From a virus: 64,000 nt of DNA. Below the pieces are notes generated by a model, which did not search any database, was not told the origin of the DNA, and worked only from the letters and a program-made list of their open reading frames with translations. Shown here one piece after another: positions 48,208 to 58,619 of the stretch. Each line of letters starts with the position of its first letter. Position 1 is the stretch's first letter. The DNA lies in IMG/VR virus record IMGVR_UViG_3300042197_000731, positions 32,001-96,000 of that record; one strand, written 5' to 3'. Made by a program: the position numbers and the translations under genes.

Positions 48208-48371
48208 TCAGTTTCTATTTCTACAATGATATCATTGCCGACTAATTCTTGAACAATTTGTTCAAGTGATGCTAAAACTTCAGTACTAGCAAGTGATGTT
48301 TCTAGTGTATCTGAATTTTTAACTAGTTTATTAAGTTTTATAGTTATGATTTCTTCATGGATTTTTGCCAT
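48204..48371 (-). CDS. Small hypothetical protein (55 aa)
   Basis: Read by hand: MAKIHEEIITIKLNKLVKNSDTLETSLASTEVLASLEQIVQELVGNDIIVEIETE, with upstream ATAAATA. Confidence 0.65.
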   Translation of the reverse strand: MAKIHEEIITIKLNKLVKNSDTLETSLASTEVLASLEQIVQELVGNDIIVEIETE

Positions 48372-48404
48372 TTGTTGTTGATCCTAGTTGAATATGGATA
48401 TTTA

Positions 48405-49127
48405 TTATTCAGGATCAACCAGATTATAAATTTTATTAACGATTCCTGGATGAACAATATTCAGCAACATTACGATTTTTTCATCGTTAGTATAAAAATA
48501 CCCACCACCAAAATATCCTTTTCCACGTCTTAATTGACGAACAAGATATTCGCTTGCGCTGTTTTCTATTTCTGACTTTGATATAACATCAGCAAGAGCA
48601 TTGGCATTTTCAATATTAAACGCACGATTTAATGTTATTTTATATTTGAAAGAATTATGTTGACTGCGTATGATATTGCCATCTGTAATTAATTTATGTT
48701 GAGCATCTGAGCCTGGAATAGATACTTCTATCACTCTTTCGCCATATAAATTTGCTACCGTCTTTAGTAATTCAATATCATTACTGTAGAATATAGCATG
48801 TGGTTCTTCAACACGAAATCTTAGATCAGTGCTTTTGTCATGATTTTCAATAAAATTTGATAAATCATGTAGTTGAGTATCATCGGCATTTTCGAAATTA
48901 CTACGTTGTCTATTGTAGAAGTAACTACTACCATAAAACTTATTTGCTCTCTCAATCATTTCAATGATACGATCAGAAAAACTAGTTATATTTTTACTTC
49001 GCAGTAATTTACAACCAGGAGCATAAATTTTTACACTGTTAGCATATATTCCATAAAATGCTTTTTTTGTATTTTGAATATTAACAGTTGGATTTAATTG
49101 AGTCCAGAATGATGTATCCATTTTCAT
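48405..49127 (-). CDS. Hypothetical protein
   Basis: 240-aa ORF following clpA. Confidence 0.65.
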   Translation of the reverse strand: MKMDTSFWTQLNPTVNIQNTKKAFYGIYANSVKIYAPGCKLLRSKNITSFSDRIIEMIERANKFYGSSYFYNRQRSNFENADDTQLHDLSNFIENHDKSTDLRFRVEEPHAIFYSNDIELLKTVANLYGERVIEVSIPGSDAQHKLITDGNIIRSQHNSFKYKITLNRAFNIENANALADVISKSEIENSASEYLVRQLRRGKGYFGGGYFYTNDEKIVMLLNIVHPGIVNKIYNLVDPE

Positions 49128-51375
49128 CTATTAGAGTGTTAGTGTTGTATATTGTATATGCTTTTTGCTGAAAGTCAAACTCAATTTTACCATTATAAGT
49201 AACATTGACGTTACACTTAGATAACTTTTCAAATAATATCTTTTTGCTCAGTGGCACTTTGATCAATTCAGAAATAGTTCGGGCCAATGGCCTTGCGCCC
49301 AGTTTGCTATCATAGCCAACTTCAATGATACGATCCATAGCAGTGGTATCAAGATTAACGGTAATACCTTTATCTAGCAGCAGATCATTTAATTCCTTGA
49401 CGAACTTGCCAATAATTAACTTGATATGATCCTTGGATAACTTCTTGAACTTAACGATGCTATCAAGACGATTTCTGAACTCTGGCTTGAAGAAGTCTTT
49501 AACTGCCTTATCGTCTTCGTTTGATTTCTCTAATTTAGGAACAAATCCCATGGTGTTAGTTTCATTCTCTGCTGCGCCAAGATTGCTAGTTAGCATCAAT
49601 ACACATTGACGACAATTTGCCTTCTTGCCATTGCTGCTGGTAACTATACCTTCGTCCATCATGGTTAGTAGAATGTGAGCAACATCTGGATGTGCTTTTT
49701 CAATCTCGTCAAACAGAATTACTGAATTAGGATTCTTTTCAATATCACTGATCAACAGACCGCCACCCAAATTGCCGTCATCATAGCCAACATATCCCGG
49801 TGGCGCACCAATCAACTTTGCGATAGCATGTTTTTCTTGATACTCGCTCATGTCGTACCGTATCAACTTCATGCCTAGATTTTCTGCTAGTAATTTAGCC
49901 AATTCTGTTTTGCCTGTACCGGTTGGACCAGTTAATAGAAAACTGCCAACAGGTTTATTCAGTGCTTTCAGTCCAGCCTTGCTAACATATATTTTTTCTA
50001 AGATAGTATCTACTGCTCCATCTTGGCCAAATAGTTTAGACTTGATATTGCCCTCAATATTCTCTACTAGTGATACGTTCTGAGCATCCAATTGTTCTAT
50101 TGGAACTTTGATATATTGACTGAGAACACTGATAATATCGCTTTTCTTGATAGTTAAATTCTGACCTAGAACTTTTGCCTTAGCACAGGCAGTATCAAGT
50201 AGATCAATGGCTTTGTCTGGCAGTTTTTTATCTGTTTGATACTTGGCACTTAATTCAACGGCAGCAATTACTGCCTCATCAGTTATTTCTACGCCATGAA
50301 AATCTTCAAAAACATCAGTTAACTCGGTGATAATTTTCTTTGCTATATCAATGCTTGGTTCATCAACGGTCAATCTGTAAAAACGGCGCATCAATGCCCG
50401 ATCTTTTTCAAAACTCTGATTGTATTCTTCCCATGTTGTACTGGCGATTACTTTGATATTGCCCTTGGTTAGTGCTGGCTTGATCATGTTTGAAAAGTCT
50501 ACACTACTATTTGAACCACTGCCGGCACCACGCATCTGATGTGCTTCGTCAATGAAAAGAATAGTATCACCCTTAAGTTCAAGTGCCTTTAATACATGTT
50601 TCAATTTTTCTTCAAACTCGCCACGATACTTACTGCCTGCCAGTAGCGATGGAATATCAAGACTATATACAGTGTAATTCTTTAGATAGTCTGGAACTTC
50701 GCCTTCAACAATTTTTACTGCCAATCCCTCGGCAATAGCAGTTTTGCCAACGCCAGGATCGCCTACCATAAGCACATTACACTTGTTTCTCTTTGCTAGA
50801 ACATTGATCATTTCCTCTAGTTCTACTTCTCTGCCAATTACGGGATCCAATTTTTCTGATTTTGCCATTTCAGACAAGTTATCACAATAGTTTTCTAGCA
50901 GGGTATCCAACTGAGACTTGCCCTTTTTCTTTGGCTTTTGTTCAGCGAAAGTATTATTCCAGTAATTGATTACTTTATCTTTCTCGATGCCATACTTCAT
51001 TAAGAAGTACCGCGCATGACTTTTATCTTCAGCACATATACTCAGATAGATATCTACAATTTGTAAATTTGATCGTCCACTAAACAGTACTTGAGTAAAC
51101 GCACGATTAAATACTCGTTCTAGAGTGTGAGTCTTTTTTGGAACAATATCGTAACCGTTGCTGATTAAATAAGTTTGACTATCAATGTAATCTTCTAACT
51201 CAATCAGTAGATCATCAATTTTTACTTCTAATTTGGTAGTCAACTCACGAAATATATCGTGTGTGAGTAAGCCGTAAAGCAGATGCTCTAGCGTTACATA
51301 TTCGTGATTTTTCTTGATGGCTAGTTTAGTAGCCTCTTCAATAATCTTATCAATTTCTGGTTGTGTTTGTAGCAT
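49081..51375 (-). CDS. clpA: ClpA-like Hsp100 AAA+ chaperone
   Basis: Clp N-domain (HEYVTLEHLL), NBD1 (GDPGVGKT, LFIDEAH, KLPDKAIDLLD) and NBD2 (GPTGTGKT, LIGAPPGYVG, FKPEFRNRLD, GARPL). It has a MGF loop and no ClpB middle domain. Confidence 0.9.
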   Translation of the reverse strand: MLQTQPEIDKIIEEATKLAIKKNHEYVTLEHLLYGLLTHDIFRELTTKLEVKIDDLLIELEDYIDSQTYLISNGYDIVPKKTHTLERVFNRAFTQVLFSGRSNLQIVDIYLSICAEDKSHARYFLMKYGIEKDKVINYWNNTFAEQKPKKKGKSQLDTLLENYCDNLSEMAKSEKLDPVIGREVELEEMINVLAKRNKCNVLMVGDPGVGKTAIAEGLAVKIVEGEVPDYLKNYTVYSLDIPSLLAGSKYRGEFEEKLKHVLKALELKGDTILFIDEAHQMRGAGSGSNSSVDFSNMIKPALTKGNIKVIASTTWEEYNQSFEKDRALMRRFYRLTVDEPSIDIAKKIITELTDVFEDFHGVEITDEAVIAAVELSAKYQTDKKLPDKAIDLLDTACAKAKVLGQNLTIKKSDIISVLSQYIKVPIEQLDAQNVSLVENIEGNIKSKLFGQDGAVDTILEKIYVSKAGLKALNKPVGSFLLTGPTGTGKTELAKLLAENLGMKLIRYDMSEYQEKHAIAKLIGAPPGYVGYDDGNLGGGLLISDIEKNPNSVILFDEIEKAHPDVAHILLTMMDEGIVTSSNGKKANCRQCVLMLTSNLGAAENETNTMGFVPKLEKSNEDDKAVKDFFKPEFRNRLDSIVKFKKLSKDHIKLIIGKFVKELNDLLLDKGITVNLDTTAMDRIIEVGYDSKLGARPLARTISELIKVPLSKKILFEKLSKCNVNVTYNGKIEFDFQQKAYTIYNTNTLIDENGYIILDSIKSNC

Positions 51376-51383
51376 GTAGATAT

Positions 51384-52199
51384 TTAGGTAGATGTTTTGA
51401 TTTGTCGCACTAAATCTAGTTGTGAGACAGATAAGGTAGTTGGTATTATAATGTTAACTTTCACATAAAAATTTCCTCTGATATCCTTTTGAAATTCATA
51501 TAAACCCTCGCCTGGTATTTTAAATTTTGTACCTTGTTGAGTGTTTGGTGGTATTTTTATGATGAAAGTTTTTTCGGATAGTGTTTGTACTTCTAGTTCA
51601 CAGCCTAGTATAGCATCAAAGCAGTTCAGCGAAATTTCCGTTTCTAGATCCAAGCCTTTTTGTATAAATTTGTTAGACTCGTGAACGATGATGCTGATGT
51701 ACAAGTCGCCTGGGTGAGCGTTTGGGAAAATTCTCTCACCTCCACCACCAAACTTCATTACAGTGCCAGATTTTATACCTCTGGGTATCTTTATCTCTAG
51801 CGTTTTGCTATCGTTGTTCTTAGTGCGTATCGTTACAAATTTTGTAGTTTCGGACAACGTATCTGCTAGATTAATTTCTATTGAAGTTTTTATGTCTGGA
51901 TTTCTACGTTGTCCCCTCATAAAATGCGAAAATATATCACCGTCACCAAATGAAAATCCAAATGAGTTGAATACATCATCAATGTTTGGATTACCGCCAA
52001 AATTACCACTTCTCATGGCGTCGTATTCTGCTCGCTTACGATCATCCATGAGTGTATCATATGCTTGCTGTATTTCTTGAAACTTAGCAGTATCACCACC
52101 ACGATCTGGGTGATGTTTGCCCGCTAACTTTCTATACGAACTTTTGATTTCGTCCTTGGAAGCACCAGGAGATACATTTAAAATTTTATAATAATCCAT
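51384..52199 (-). CDS. dnaJ: DnaJ/CbpA-type co-chaperone
   Basis: J domain with HPD (HHPDRGG), G/F region and a C-terminal domain lacking the Zn finger. Confidence 0.9.
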   Translation of the reverse strand: MDYYKILNVSPGASKDEIKSSYRKLAGKHHPDRGGDTAKFQEIQQAYDTLMDDRKRAEYDAMRSGNFGGNPNIDDVFNSFGFSFGDGDIFSHFMRGQRRNPDIKTSIEINLADTLSETTKFVTIRTKNNDSKTLEIKIPRGIKSGTVMKFGGGGERIFPNAHPGDLYISIIVHESNKFIQKGLDLETEISLNCFDAILGCELEVQTLSEKTFIIKIPPNTQQGTKFKIPGEGLYEFQKDIRGNFYVKVNIIIPTTLSVSQLDLVRQIKTST

Positions 52200-52213
52200 A
52201 CTCACTATTCTAC

Positions 52214-52243
52214 AACAAAAATGGGCAGAAATCAACTGCCCAT
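52214..52243 (-). terminator. Intrinsic terminator overlapping a sigma70-like promoter of dnaJ
   Basis: ATGGGCAG/CTGCCCAT stem plus TTTTGTT. The same bases give TTGATT-N17-TAGAAT. Confidence 0.6.
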
Positions 52244-52266
52244 CTTGTGTTTTGATAATTTATATT

Positions 52267-52479
52267 TTACTTTTTGGTTCCGTCAGGTACTTCTTTACCC
52301 TCTACCTTTTTGCGAACCTTGATTTCCTTACATGTTTGTTTAACTGTGCCGTCCTTGTTCTTTACAACTTGGCCGTTTTTGTCTTTAACATCAGTACAAA
52401 CTTTTTTGATTTCTGGAGCAGCATTTAGGGATAGTGATGCTGCCATTAATGCTATAAATAAGAAATTTTGTATCTTCAT
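52267..52479 (-). CDS. Small secreted protein
   Basis: Signal peptide (..SLSLNA|AP), two Cys, Lys-rich. Confidence 0.65.
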   Translation of the reverse strand: MKIQNFLFIALMAASLSLNAAPEIKKVCTDVKDKNGQVVKNKDGTVKQTCKEIKVRKKVEGKEVPDGTKK

Positions 52480-52485
52480 ATCAAC

Positions 52486-52941
52486 TTACCTTTCTGGAAA
52501 TTCTGCGTCTGGAACTAACTTTCTGCCCTTATAATCAGATTGTGGCGCGACGTATGGTGCAGGCGCACTGGAAGGCATCATTGATGGTGTATAAGATTGT
52601 GGTGCTGGGCTCATAGACATACTAGGAGCAGGCAGTGCGGCTGGTGCTGCCGGTGCCGATTGGGTAGCGGCAACGCCTGCTATCTTTTCTTGGCCTCTAC
52701 TCCATGCGGTAATACCCAATATTGCGCCCATTGCCATGTGAAATAGACCTGCCCCAATTAGCGTAAGTGGTTGCCATTGACGGAAAGCGTCATTTGCTGC
52801 CTCAACTTCCCAAAATTGTACTATGGTAAACATTATTGGAAATAGAATGAAGTCAAATACACAAACGACCATATACATCATGGCCATCATAGGTCTCCAT
52901 TTTTTCTGCATCCAATCTTCTTTTTCTTTTGCTTTGCTCAT
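52486..52941 (-). CDS. Putative holin (GTA 3TM holin-like)
   Basis: KWRPMMAMMYM...FHMAMGAILGITAWSRGQEK, located in the lysis cassette. Confidence 0.7.
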   Translation of the reverse strand: MSKAKEKEDWMQKKWRPMMAMMYMVVCVFDFILFPIMFTIVQFWEVEAANDAFRQWQPLTLIGAGLFHMAMGAILGITAWSRGQEKIAGVAATQSAPAAPAALPAPSMSMSPAPQSYTPSMMPSSAPAPYVAPQSDYKGRKLVPDAEFPER

Positions 52942-53207
52942 TTTTTCTTCCCATTCATAATCTTTTGTGTTTCTTTGTACCACTCTTGCCAGCCATTAAC
53001 ACTTTCAGAACATTGATAGTAGGTGCCATAATTTTGTATAACAACTGCCATCAGATCCTTAATACTATTTTGGTCTTCTGGTACTTCTATTAACTGAGAG
53101 CACTTTTCTAATAATATTTCTGGCGCCTCAGGAAATTTTTGAGTGACAGGCACTGTAGTAAAACAGCCAGTCAAAAATAGAGGTAGAATTAGTAATGCTA
53201 GTTTCAT
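52938..53207 (-). CDS. o-spanin (Rz1-like lipoprotein)
   Basis: LTGC lipobox, Pro-rich start and NYGTYYQC..W. Confidence 0.75.
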   Translation of the reverse strand: MKLALLILPLFLTGCFTTVPVTQKFPEAPEILLEKCSQLIEVPEDQNSIKDLMAVVIQNYGTYYQCSESVNGWQEWYKETQKIMNGKKK

Positions 53208-53707
53208 TTTTTACCTCTGGTCAATTCGTTTATAGTTAAGTTTATTCTGGCCGCTTCATTGTGTAGTTTGATGATATCAACTGGTATAGGACATACTTCC
53301 ATAAACTTAACTACTTCTTCTTTTTTGACTACTTCACGATCTACATAACGTATAATTTCATCAGCCTTTTCTCGTACAATCTTATTCTTGTATACGACTT
53401 TTTCTTGAATTACAACCTTAACTTCTTCCGCCTTTGCTTCGGCTATCTTTAGTTTTTTTTCTACTTCTTCAACTTTATCGCGCCATATTTTTTCTGTGCT
53501 ATAACCACCTTTTACATAGATACCAGCACAAAGAATAATAATACTGACGATTTGAATTATCTTGTAGTATCCAGCAATCGCAGGAATCAATCTGACCATA
53601 GGCGATATGAATACAAAACTCAACACCGTTAAGGTAATACCAATGAACAGTATTGAGTTTACAATGTATTCAAGCATCGTTGTAGGTAACAGATGTAACA
53701 ACCACAT
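53204..53707 (-). CDS. i-spanin (Rz-like)
   Basis: N-terminal TM helices, coiled coil and C-terminal CPIP..HNEAA. Confidence 0.7.
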   Translation of the reverse strand: MWLLHLLPTTMLEYIVNSILFIGITLTVLSFVFISPMVRLIPAIAGYYKIIQIVSIIILCAGIYVKGGYSTEKIWRDKVEEVEKKLKIAEAKAEEVKVVIQEKVVYKNKIVREKADEIIRYVDREVVKKEEVVKFMEVCPIPVDIIKLHNEAARINLTINELTRGKK

Positions 53708-54351
53708 TAATGAACTCCTAGAACATGTAGGGCGTGATTGTAGTGTTTAATTCTATCTTCTAGTCCTATCGTACCGCCGTTAATTCTCTTACTTAAGGTA
53801 ATTATATCCTTCTTATCGGCGAACTGATTTAACTTATTCTCATCCCAGAACCAGGCAGCACTCTGAACACAGCCTTCAAATGTTTTTAGATGTTCAACTG
53901 CCTCTTCAACATCAATTTCCAAACTCATTGCGTAGTTCGTGTAGTTGTTCTTGCCAGTTAATTGAATTAATCCACGCCCACAGTAGCGGTATCCATCGCC
54001 ACTTTCTTCTGGACCATTGCCCATGCGATTAGCATAAATTCTGTTAGCAATTGCTTCTTGACGATTAGGCATTGCCGCATAGCGTTGTGCTATCTCGTCA
54101 TTCGGGAAATATTTGGGAAATACTTTTCGTAGTGATTGCCAACGATAGTTTAAGTTTTCTTTGATGAATCTAAAGTTACCAGATTCGTGAGCACATTGTG
54201 CTAAGAAAGCAGCAACCCGAAGTGGAGTTTCTATTTCGTATTCGGGAAGTATCGCTATCAGAGCATTGTACCAATCATCTATATATTGATTTTTTGGTAC
54301 GATTTCTTTAAGTTGGTCAAGTGTGAAGTCAAAACTGAATTGAGTAGCCAT
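53707..54351 (-). CDS. Endolysin, glycoside hydrolase family 19
   Basis: AAFLAQCAHESG, ENLNY, YCGRGLIQLTGKNNY, SAAWFW and INGG..GLEDR. Confidence 0.92.
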   Translation of the reverse strand: MATQFSFDFTLDQLKEIVPKNQYIDDWYNALIAILPEYEIETPLRVAAFLAQCAHESGNFRFIKENLNYRWQSLRKVFPKYFPNDEIAQRYAAMPNRQEAIANRIYANRMGNGPEESGDGYRYCGRGLIQLTGKNNYTNYAMSLEIDVEEAVEHLKTFEGCVQSAAWFWDENKLNQFADKKDIITLSKRINGGTIGLEDRIKHYNHALHVLGVH

Positions 54352-54402
54352 GTTATATCCTCTGTACTACTCACGTATTTATCCCAAAATACAAAAATAA
54401 TA

Positions 54403-55011
54403 TCAGCGTATTCTGGCCAGATCTCTAAGCAAATTAGTGTAATCGTTGACTACTGCTTTTTTGGTTATGTTGACTCTAGCTGATTCTTTCATTTGCTCTA
54501 GTTCTTTATTGAACATTTCATCACGATCATACTTGGCGATGTACTGATCTGGTGTCATAGGAATGACCTGCTTTAATTTCCTAGCATCAACTGGATACTC
54601 ATCTTTGCTTTTTTGATACTGAAAGCGCCACTCTGAAAACTTTTGATCGGTAAGATTGATAATATCTTCAATCAACTCAACAATATGTTTGGCTGCTGGT
54701 GGTGTTCGTTCTAATTCTACGAACACTAGATAATCGCCATCATCAAGTTCACCCGTGCTGATATCAGCATCCAGTACCCATTCATAGCCACGCTCTATGA
54801 AGTTCATAAGATCTTCGGCTGCTTTTTTCTCAAGTGCTTTGATGCTCAATACCATGATATCGGCATCTTCACCCATCTTGCTCTTGAACTCGTCTATATG
54901 AAGTTTGTTATGAACTAGTCTGGCTAAATCGCCATGTTCAAGACCTTCAGAGAGTTGGTGCTGGTGGGATTCCTGGTGGCTGCCCTGGTATTTGTCCTGG
55001 CTGTGCTGCAT
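54403..55011 (-). CDS. Hypothetical protein (start uncertain)
   Basis: EGLEHGDL..IDEFKSKMG..YLVFVELER; the only ATG overlaps the upstream gene. Confidence 0.65.
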   Translation of the reverse strand: MQHSQDKYQGSHQESHQHQLSEGLEHGDLARLVHNKLHIDEFKSKMGEDADIMVLSIKALEKKAAEDLMNFIERGYEWVLDADISTGELDDGDYLVFVELERTPPAAKHIVELIEDIINLTDQKFSEWRFQYQKSKDEYPVDARKLKQVIPMTPDQYIAKYDRDEMFNKELEQMKESARVNITKKAVVNDYTNLLRDLARIR

Positions 55012-55528
55012 TTCCTTCTACCTTATTATTCTCATTGCCTGTGTCATCATCTAGACCTTCCTCGTATGCGTCGTCAATTTCTTCCGCATTCAAGGTTTCA
55101 TTTTCTAATTCAATAGAACCACGTTCAATATCACTCATCAATCTTTTTGGCATAGTAATCGTAACAACCCATACCGGCTTACTAACCATACGTGGTGTTT
55201 TTGTGCCTGGCTTAAAATCGTCAGGACTTTTAACTTCAACTGGATATTCAAATGTGTCTTTTTCATATGAAATTTCACAACCGTAGTCCAGTAATCTTTT
55301 TCCACCCGATGGATCTGGCATCTTTCTGAAGGGATACATCCACTTACAAGTGACGAAATACTTTTCGTAGATTGGTCCTTCTACTAGTTCGCCTATCTTC
55401 CAGTTCTTAAAGGTGTAAAGATCAAACTCGTCTAGCACTCGCTCATAATCTAGTAATGAGTTCAAGTTACTATCAGACATGTATATTGTCTTGGTGTTAG
55501 TTAGTATACTTTTAAGATCAGTTGCCAT
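54947..55528 (-). CDS. Hypothetical protein
   Basis: LLDYERVLDEFDLY..NW..GELVEGP..MPDPSGG, with upstream GATAAATA. Confidence 0.7.
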   Translation of the reverse strand: MATDLKSILTNTKTIYMSDSNLNSLLDYERVLDEFDLYTFKNWKIGELVEGPIYEKYFVTCKWMYPFRKMPDPSGGKRLLDYGCEISYEKDTFEYPVEVKSPDDFKPGTKTPRMVSKPVWVVTITMPKRLMSDIERGSIELENETLNAEEIDDAYEEGLDDDTGNENNKVEGNAAQPGQIPGQPPGIPPAPTL

Positions 55529-55712
55529 TTTTCTAGTGTTTTAATTTATTTATCATGATTGATGAATACTAGCAAAACTGATAAATTGGGACACGAAACT
55601 AATATTTAGTGTAGAAAATAATTTCTAATATATGATTTTTCAGAGTATAGAAGATGTTTAAATAATGATGTGAGGCAATCCCCACATCAACTCTATAGAA
55701 TAGGAGAAAACT

Positions 55713-56447
55713 TTGTCAAAAAGAAATCGTAGAGAGTTTCAAGCACAAGCAATAGAAAACAATGTAGTCAGTCTAAGTTCATATTACACCAAAAAAAGAC
55801 AGGTACATTTGTTACCAAAGACCCTAAATCAAGAATCCTATATAAATTTACTAACAGATCCATCAAAGTTAATAGTTTTCGCAACTGGTCCAGCAGGAAC
55901 AGGCAAAACAATGCTAGCAATGTTGGCTGGAATTAAAGCACTCAAAGAAGGAGAAATTACAAAGATAGTATTAACACGACCAGCAGTTGGTGTTGATGAC
56001 GAACGTCATGGCTTTTTGCCAGGCGACTTAAATCAAAAAATGGAACCGTGGACACGACCACTCTTCGATGTACTTGCGGAATACTATGATAAAAAAGACA
56101 TCGTTAGAATGCTAGACGAACAAATAATAGAGATATCTCCACTAGCATTTATGAGAGGACGGACGTTTAAACACTCCTGGATCATTGCTGATGAAATGCA
56201 GAATGCCACGCCTAATCAAATGAAGATGTTACTTACTAGATTGGGAGAAGGCAGTAAAATGGTAGTAACTGGAGATACCAAACAAGCCGATAGAAAAGAT
56301 CCAGACAATGGACTACTTGACTTCAAAGGACTTGTTGAGAGTTACAAAAACTGTATGTATGTTAGCGGTATAGAGTTGACCGGTAAGGATATCCAACGAC
56401 ATCCTGCCGTAGTAGAGATATTGAAAATTTATAAGGAGATTGCGTAA
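55713..56447 (+). CDS. phoH: PhoH-like ATPase
   Basis: GPAGTGKT, LTRPAV, GFLPG, FMRGRTF, DEMQN, TRLGEGS and GDTKQ; TTG start with an AGGAG RBS. Confidence 0.94.
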   Translation: MSKRNRREFQAQAIENNVVSLSSYYTKKRQVHLLPKTLNQESYINLLTDPSKLIVFATGPAGTGKTMLAMLAGIKALKEGEITKIVLTRPAVGVDDERHGFLPGDLNQKMEPWTRPLFDVLAEYYDKKDIVRMLDEQIIEISPLAFMRGRTFKHSWIIADEMQNATPNQMKMLLTRLGEGSKMVVTGDTKQADRKDPDNGLLDFKGLVESYKNCMYVSGIELTGKDIQRHPAVVEILKIYKEIA

Positions 56448-56452
56448 CCGTA

Positions 56453-56686
56453 TTACTTACGTTTAGTATAAGAAACCAGAGCGTCAATTTGACCCTGCAT
56501 TCTGTTAATTTTTCTTTTTAAGAAAGCAAGTTCAATTGACTGCTCTGTGTTTGTAGATGCTAAATTTCTGAATTGCTCACGCCATATCTTCATTTCTTTT
56601 TCATGTCCGAGTAGTGTTGGACGAGGTGGCGCATTTGGATCGACCTCTTTTTTCTTCTTTGGCATACTGTACATACTCAGACTCAT
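56453..56686 (-). CDS. Hypothetical coiled-coil protein
   Basis: 77-aa ORF. Confidence 0.6.
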   Translation of the reverse strand: MSLSMYSMPKKKKEVDPNAPPRPTLLGHEKEMKIWREQFRNLASTNTEQSIELAFLKRKINRMQGQIDALVSYTKRK

Positions 56687-56696
56687 GGTAACATCC

Positions 56697-56996
56697 TTAC
56701 TTTATTTCGTTCATCACAGTATTTATGTACTCGCTATAACCTTCTTCAAAGTACTTAAATAGTTCATCCCACGTTTTTTCAGCGTGCCATGTGTTTTTCA
56801 CCACGCTTTTAGTAGATAGATTAAGAATAATTTTAGCATCACTTCGCAATTTATCTTTTAACCCACGAGTAATATTGACCATTTCGTCATAGTATACATT
56901 CTCTGGACTGCTCATATAACCACGGACCTTAGTCATTCCAGGATCACGTGGCTTTAGCGTATAAAACGCTACTAAATAAATATCTTTATTTTTCAA
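56697..56996 (-). CDS. Hypothetical protein
   Basis: 99-aa ORF. Confidence 0.65.
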   Translation of the reverse strand: MKNKDIYLVAFYTLKPRDPGMTKVRGYMSSPENVYYDEMVNITRGLKDKLRSDAKIILNLSTKSVVKNTWHAEKTWDELFKYFEEGYSEYINTVMNEIK

Positions 56997-57646
56997 TTTG
57001 ATTTTCTGTTACCTTTCCCGTCATATTTTTTTATATTTTCTTCCCATGATATTAATTGTAAATTTTCTTTTGAACTCATTTGTTCTATTGATATACCCTG
57101 TTCAAATCCCAATCTTACACTTATTATATGATCAATTTGATATGCCCCAATTACTCCACATTTGCCAATTGGCAAATTATTTGGATTTATTTCGGTTTTA
57201 TATTCTTTATAAGTTTTTCTTGTTCTCGTTGAGATTCTATTTCTGTATTTTTTAAAATTAGAATAAACTATGCTATCTCTAGCCATAATTTCTTCGGATT
57301 CTTTTTTTCTTTTTGTACCTCGTTGCGTGTTTGCGTATGCTGCTACTCTGGGATCATTTTTTGTTAATCCTTTATTCCAAGGTTCTCTCGGACGATTAGT
57401 CCAATACTCCTTGACTGATGTTTTGATCTTTTGCCTGGTATCGTCATTGACCGAATGTTCTTTTAAACCCTCACTAATATTAAATTTATGTTCTTCTGTT
57501 AATTTTTTACCAGTTAGAGCGACAGAATTTTTCTCGCCTATTTTCTTTTTAATAACTGGACATTTAGAAGCTTTTTTATCACAGCATAATAACCCATTGT
57601 AATTTGTATATGTCGATAGTAATCCACATCCTCTATAACAAAGCAT
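56993..57646 (-). CDS. Putative HNH homing endonuclease with NUMOD3-like repeats
   Basis: CYRGCG, GKKLTEEHKFNIS, PWNKGLT and YQIDHIIS..NLQLISWEEN. Confidence 0.75.
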   Translation of the reverse strand: MLCYRGCGLLSTYTNYNGLLCCDKKASKCPVIKKKIGEKNSVALTGKKLTEEHKFNISEGLKEHSVNDDTRQKIKTSVKEYWTNRPREPWNKGLTKNDPRVAAYANTQRGTKRKKESEEIMARDSIVYSNFKKYRNRISTRTRKTYKEYKTEINPNNLPIGKCGVIGAYQIDHIISVRLGFEQGISIEQMSSKENLQLISWEENIKKYDGKGNRKSN

Positions 57647-57695
57647 AAATTTTCTCCTTTAATCTATTTATGCTTAGTTCTACTAACGTCGCGGA

Positions 57696-58619
57696 TTATT
57701 TATTAATTTGTGCCAATTCACAAAACATGGCACTAATGTTTATCTCAGGATCTGCTACTAAACTGTGATTTACAAGTGCTTTACGAATTACAAGAATGGC
57801 TTCGTCTTGACCTTCATCCGACGCACTCCACAGTTGAAGATTATCATAACACCATCTGAACAGTTCTTCCATTTCCTCTGGCCTAGCCTGTGAACATAGC
57901 AATTTTCGTGCTTCACGCAATTTTCGTGCTTTGATTAGTTCAACAAGAGCAAACTTGTAGTCCGCTGAGCCACTATCACTATCACGAGGAGACAGCAATT
58001 TTCCAGTGTTTGAATTGCTCTGTAGCAGATTTAAACACTTACGTAGATCTGGATACGTTACCTTGATGTAGTTGTCTAGTGTTTCTAGATCAAAGTCAAC
58101 ACCCTCATTGACCAACACAGTTGCCGCACGGGCTGTAAATTCAGTCTGATCAGTCTTATCTATATGTAATTCGTAACAACGACTTTTCAATGGAGGAATG
58201 ATTTTATGAACTAGATTACAGGTAAAGATAAATCGTGCTTGAGATTGATACGTTTCCATTAGTCCACGAAGTAGACCTTGTGCGTTTGGACTCAGAAAAT
58301 CTGCCTCGTCTAGTAGTACAATTTTTAGATCACCGAATGGCATTGTACTGATAAAACCCTCAATCTTTGATTTGATGAAGTCAACCCCGTTATCACGACT
58401 GGCGTTTACCTGCATAAAATCATAGTCATGAATTTCAAGTTCATTAACTAAAATTTTTGCTAGAGTGGTTTTACCTGTTCCCGCTGGACCGTATAACAAT
58501 AGATGTGGCAAACTTTTTTCGGTAATCCACTGAGCAATTTGTTGCTTGGTAGTTTCATCAGTGAATACATAATTATCAACACTAGATGGACGATACTTTT
58601 CAGTCCAGAGTTCCTTCAT
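57696..58619 (-). CDS. Clamp loader ATPase subunit (RFC/gp44-like)
   Basis: WTEKYRP, GPAGTGKTT, NAS, LDEAD, SRC and DLRK.LN. Confidence 0.93.
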   Translation of the reverse strand: MKELWTEKYRPSSVDNYVFTDETTKQQIAQWITEKSLPHLLLYGPAGTGKTTLAKILVNELEIHDYDFMQVNASRDNGVDFIKSKIEGFISTMPFGDLKIVLLDEADFLSPNAQGLLRGLMETYQSQARFIFTCNLVHKIIPPLKSRCYELHIDKTDQTEFTARAATVLVNEGVDFDLETLDNYIKVTYPDLRKCLNLLQSNSNTGKLLSPRDSDSGSADYKFALVELIKARKLREARKLLCSQARPEEMEELFRWCYDNLQLWSASDEGQDEAILVIRKALVNHSLVADPEINISAMFCELAQINK

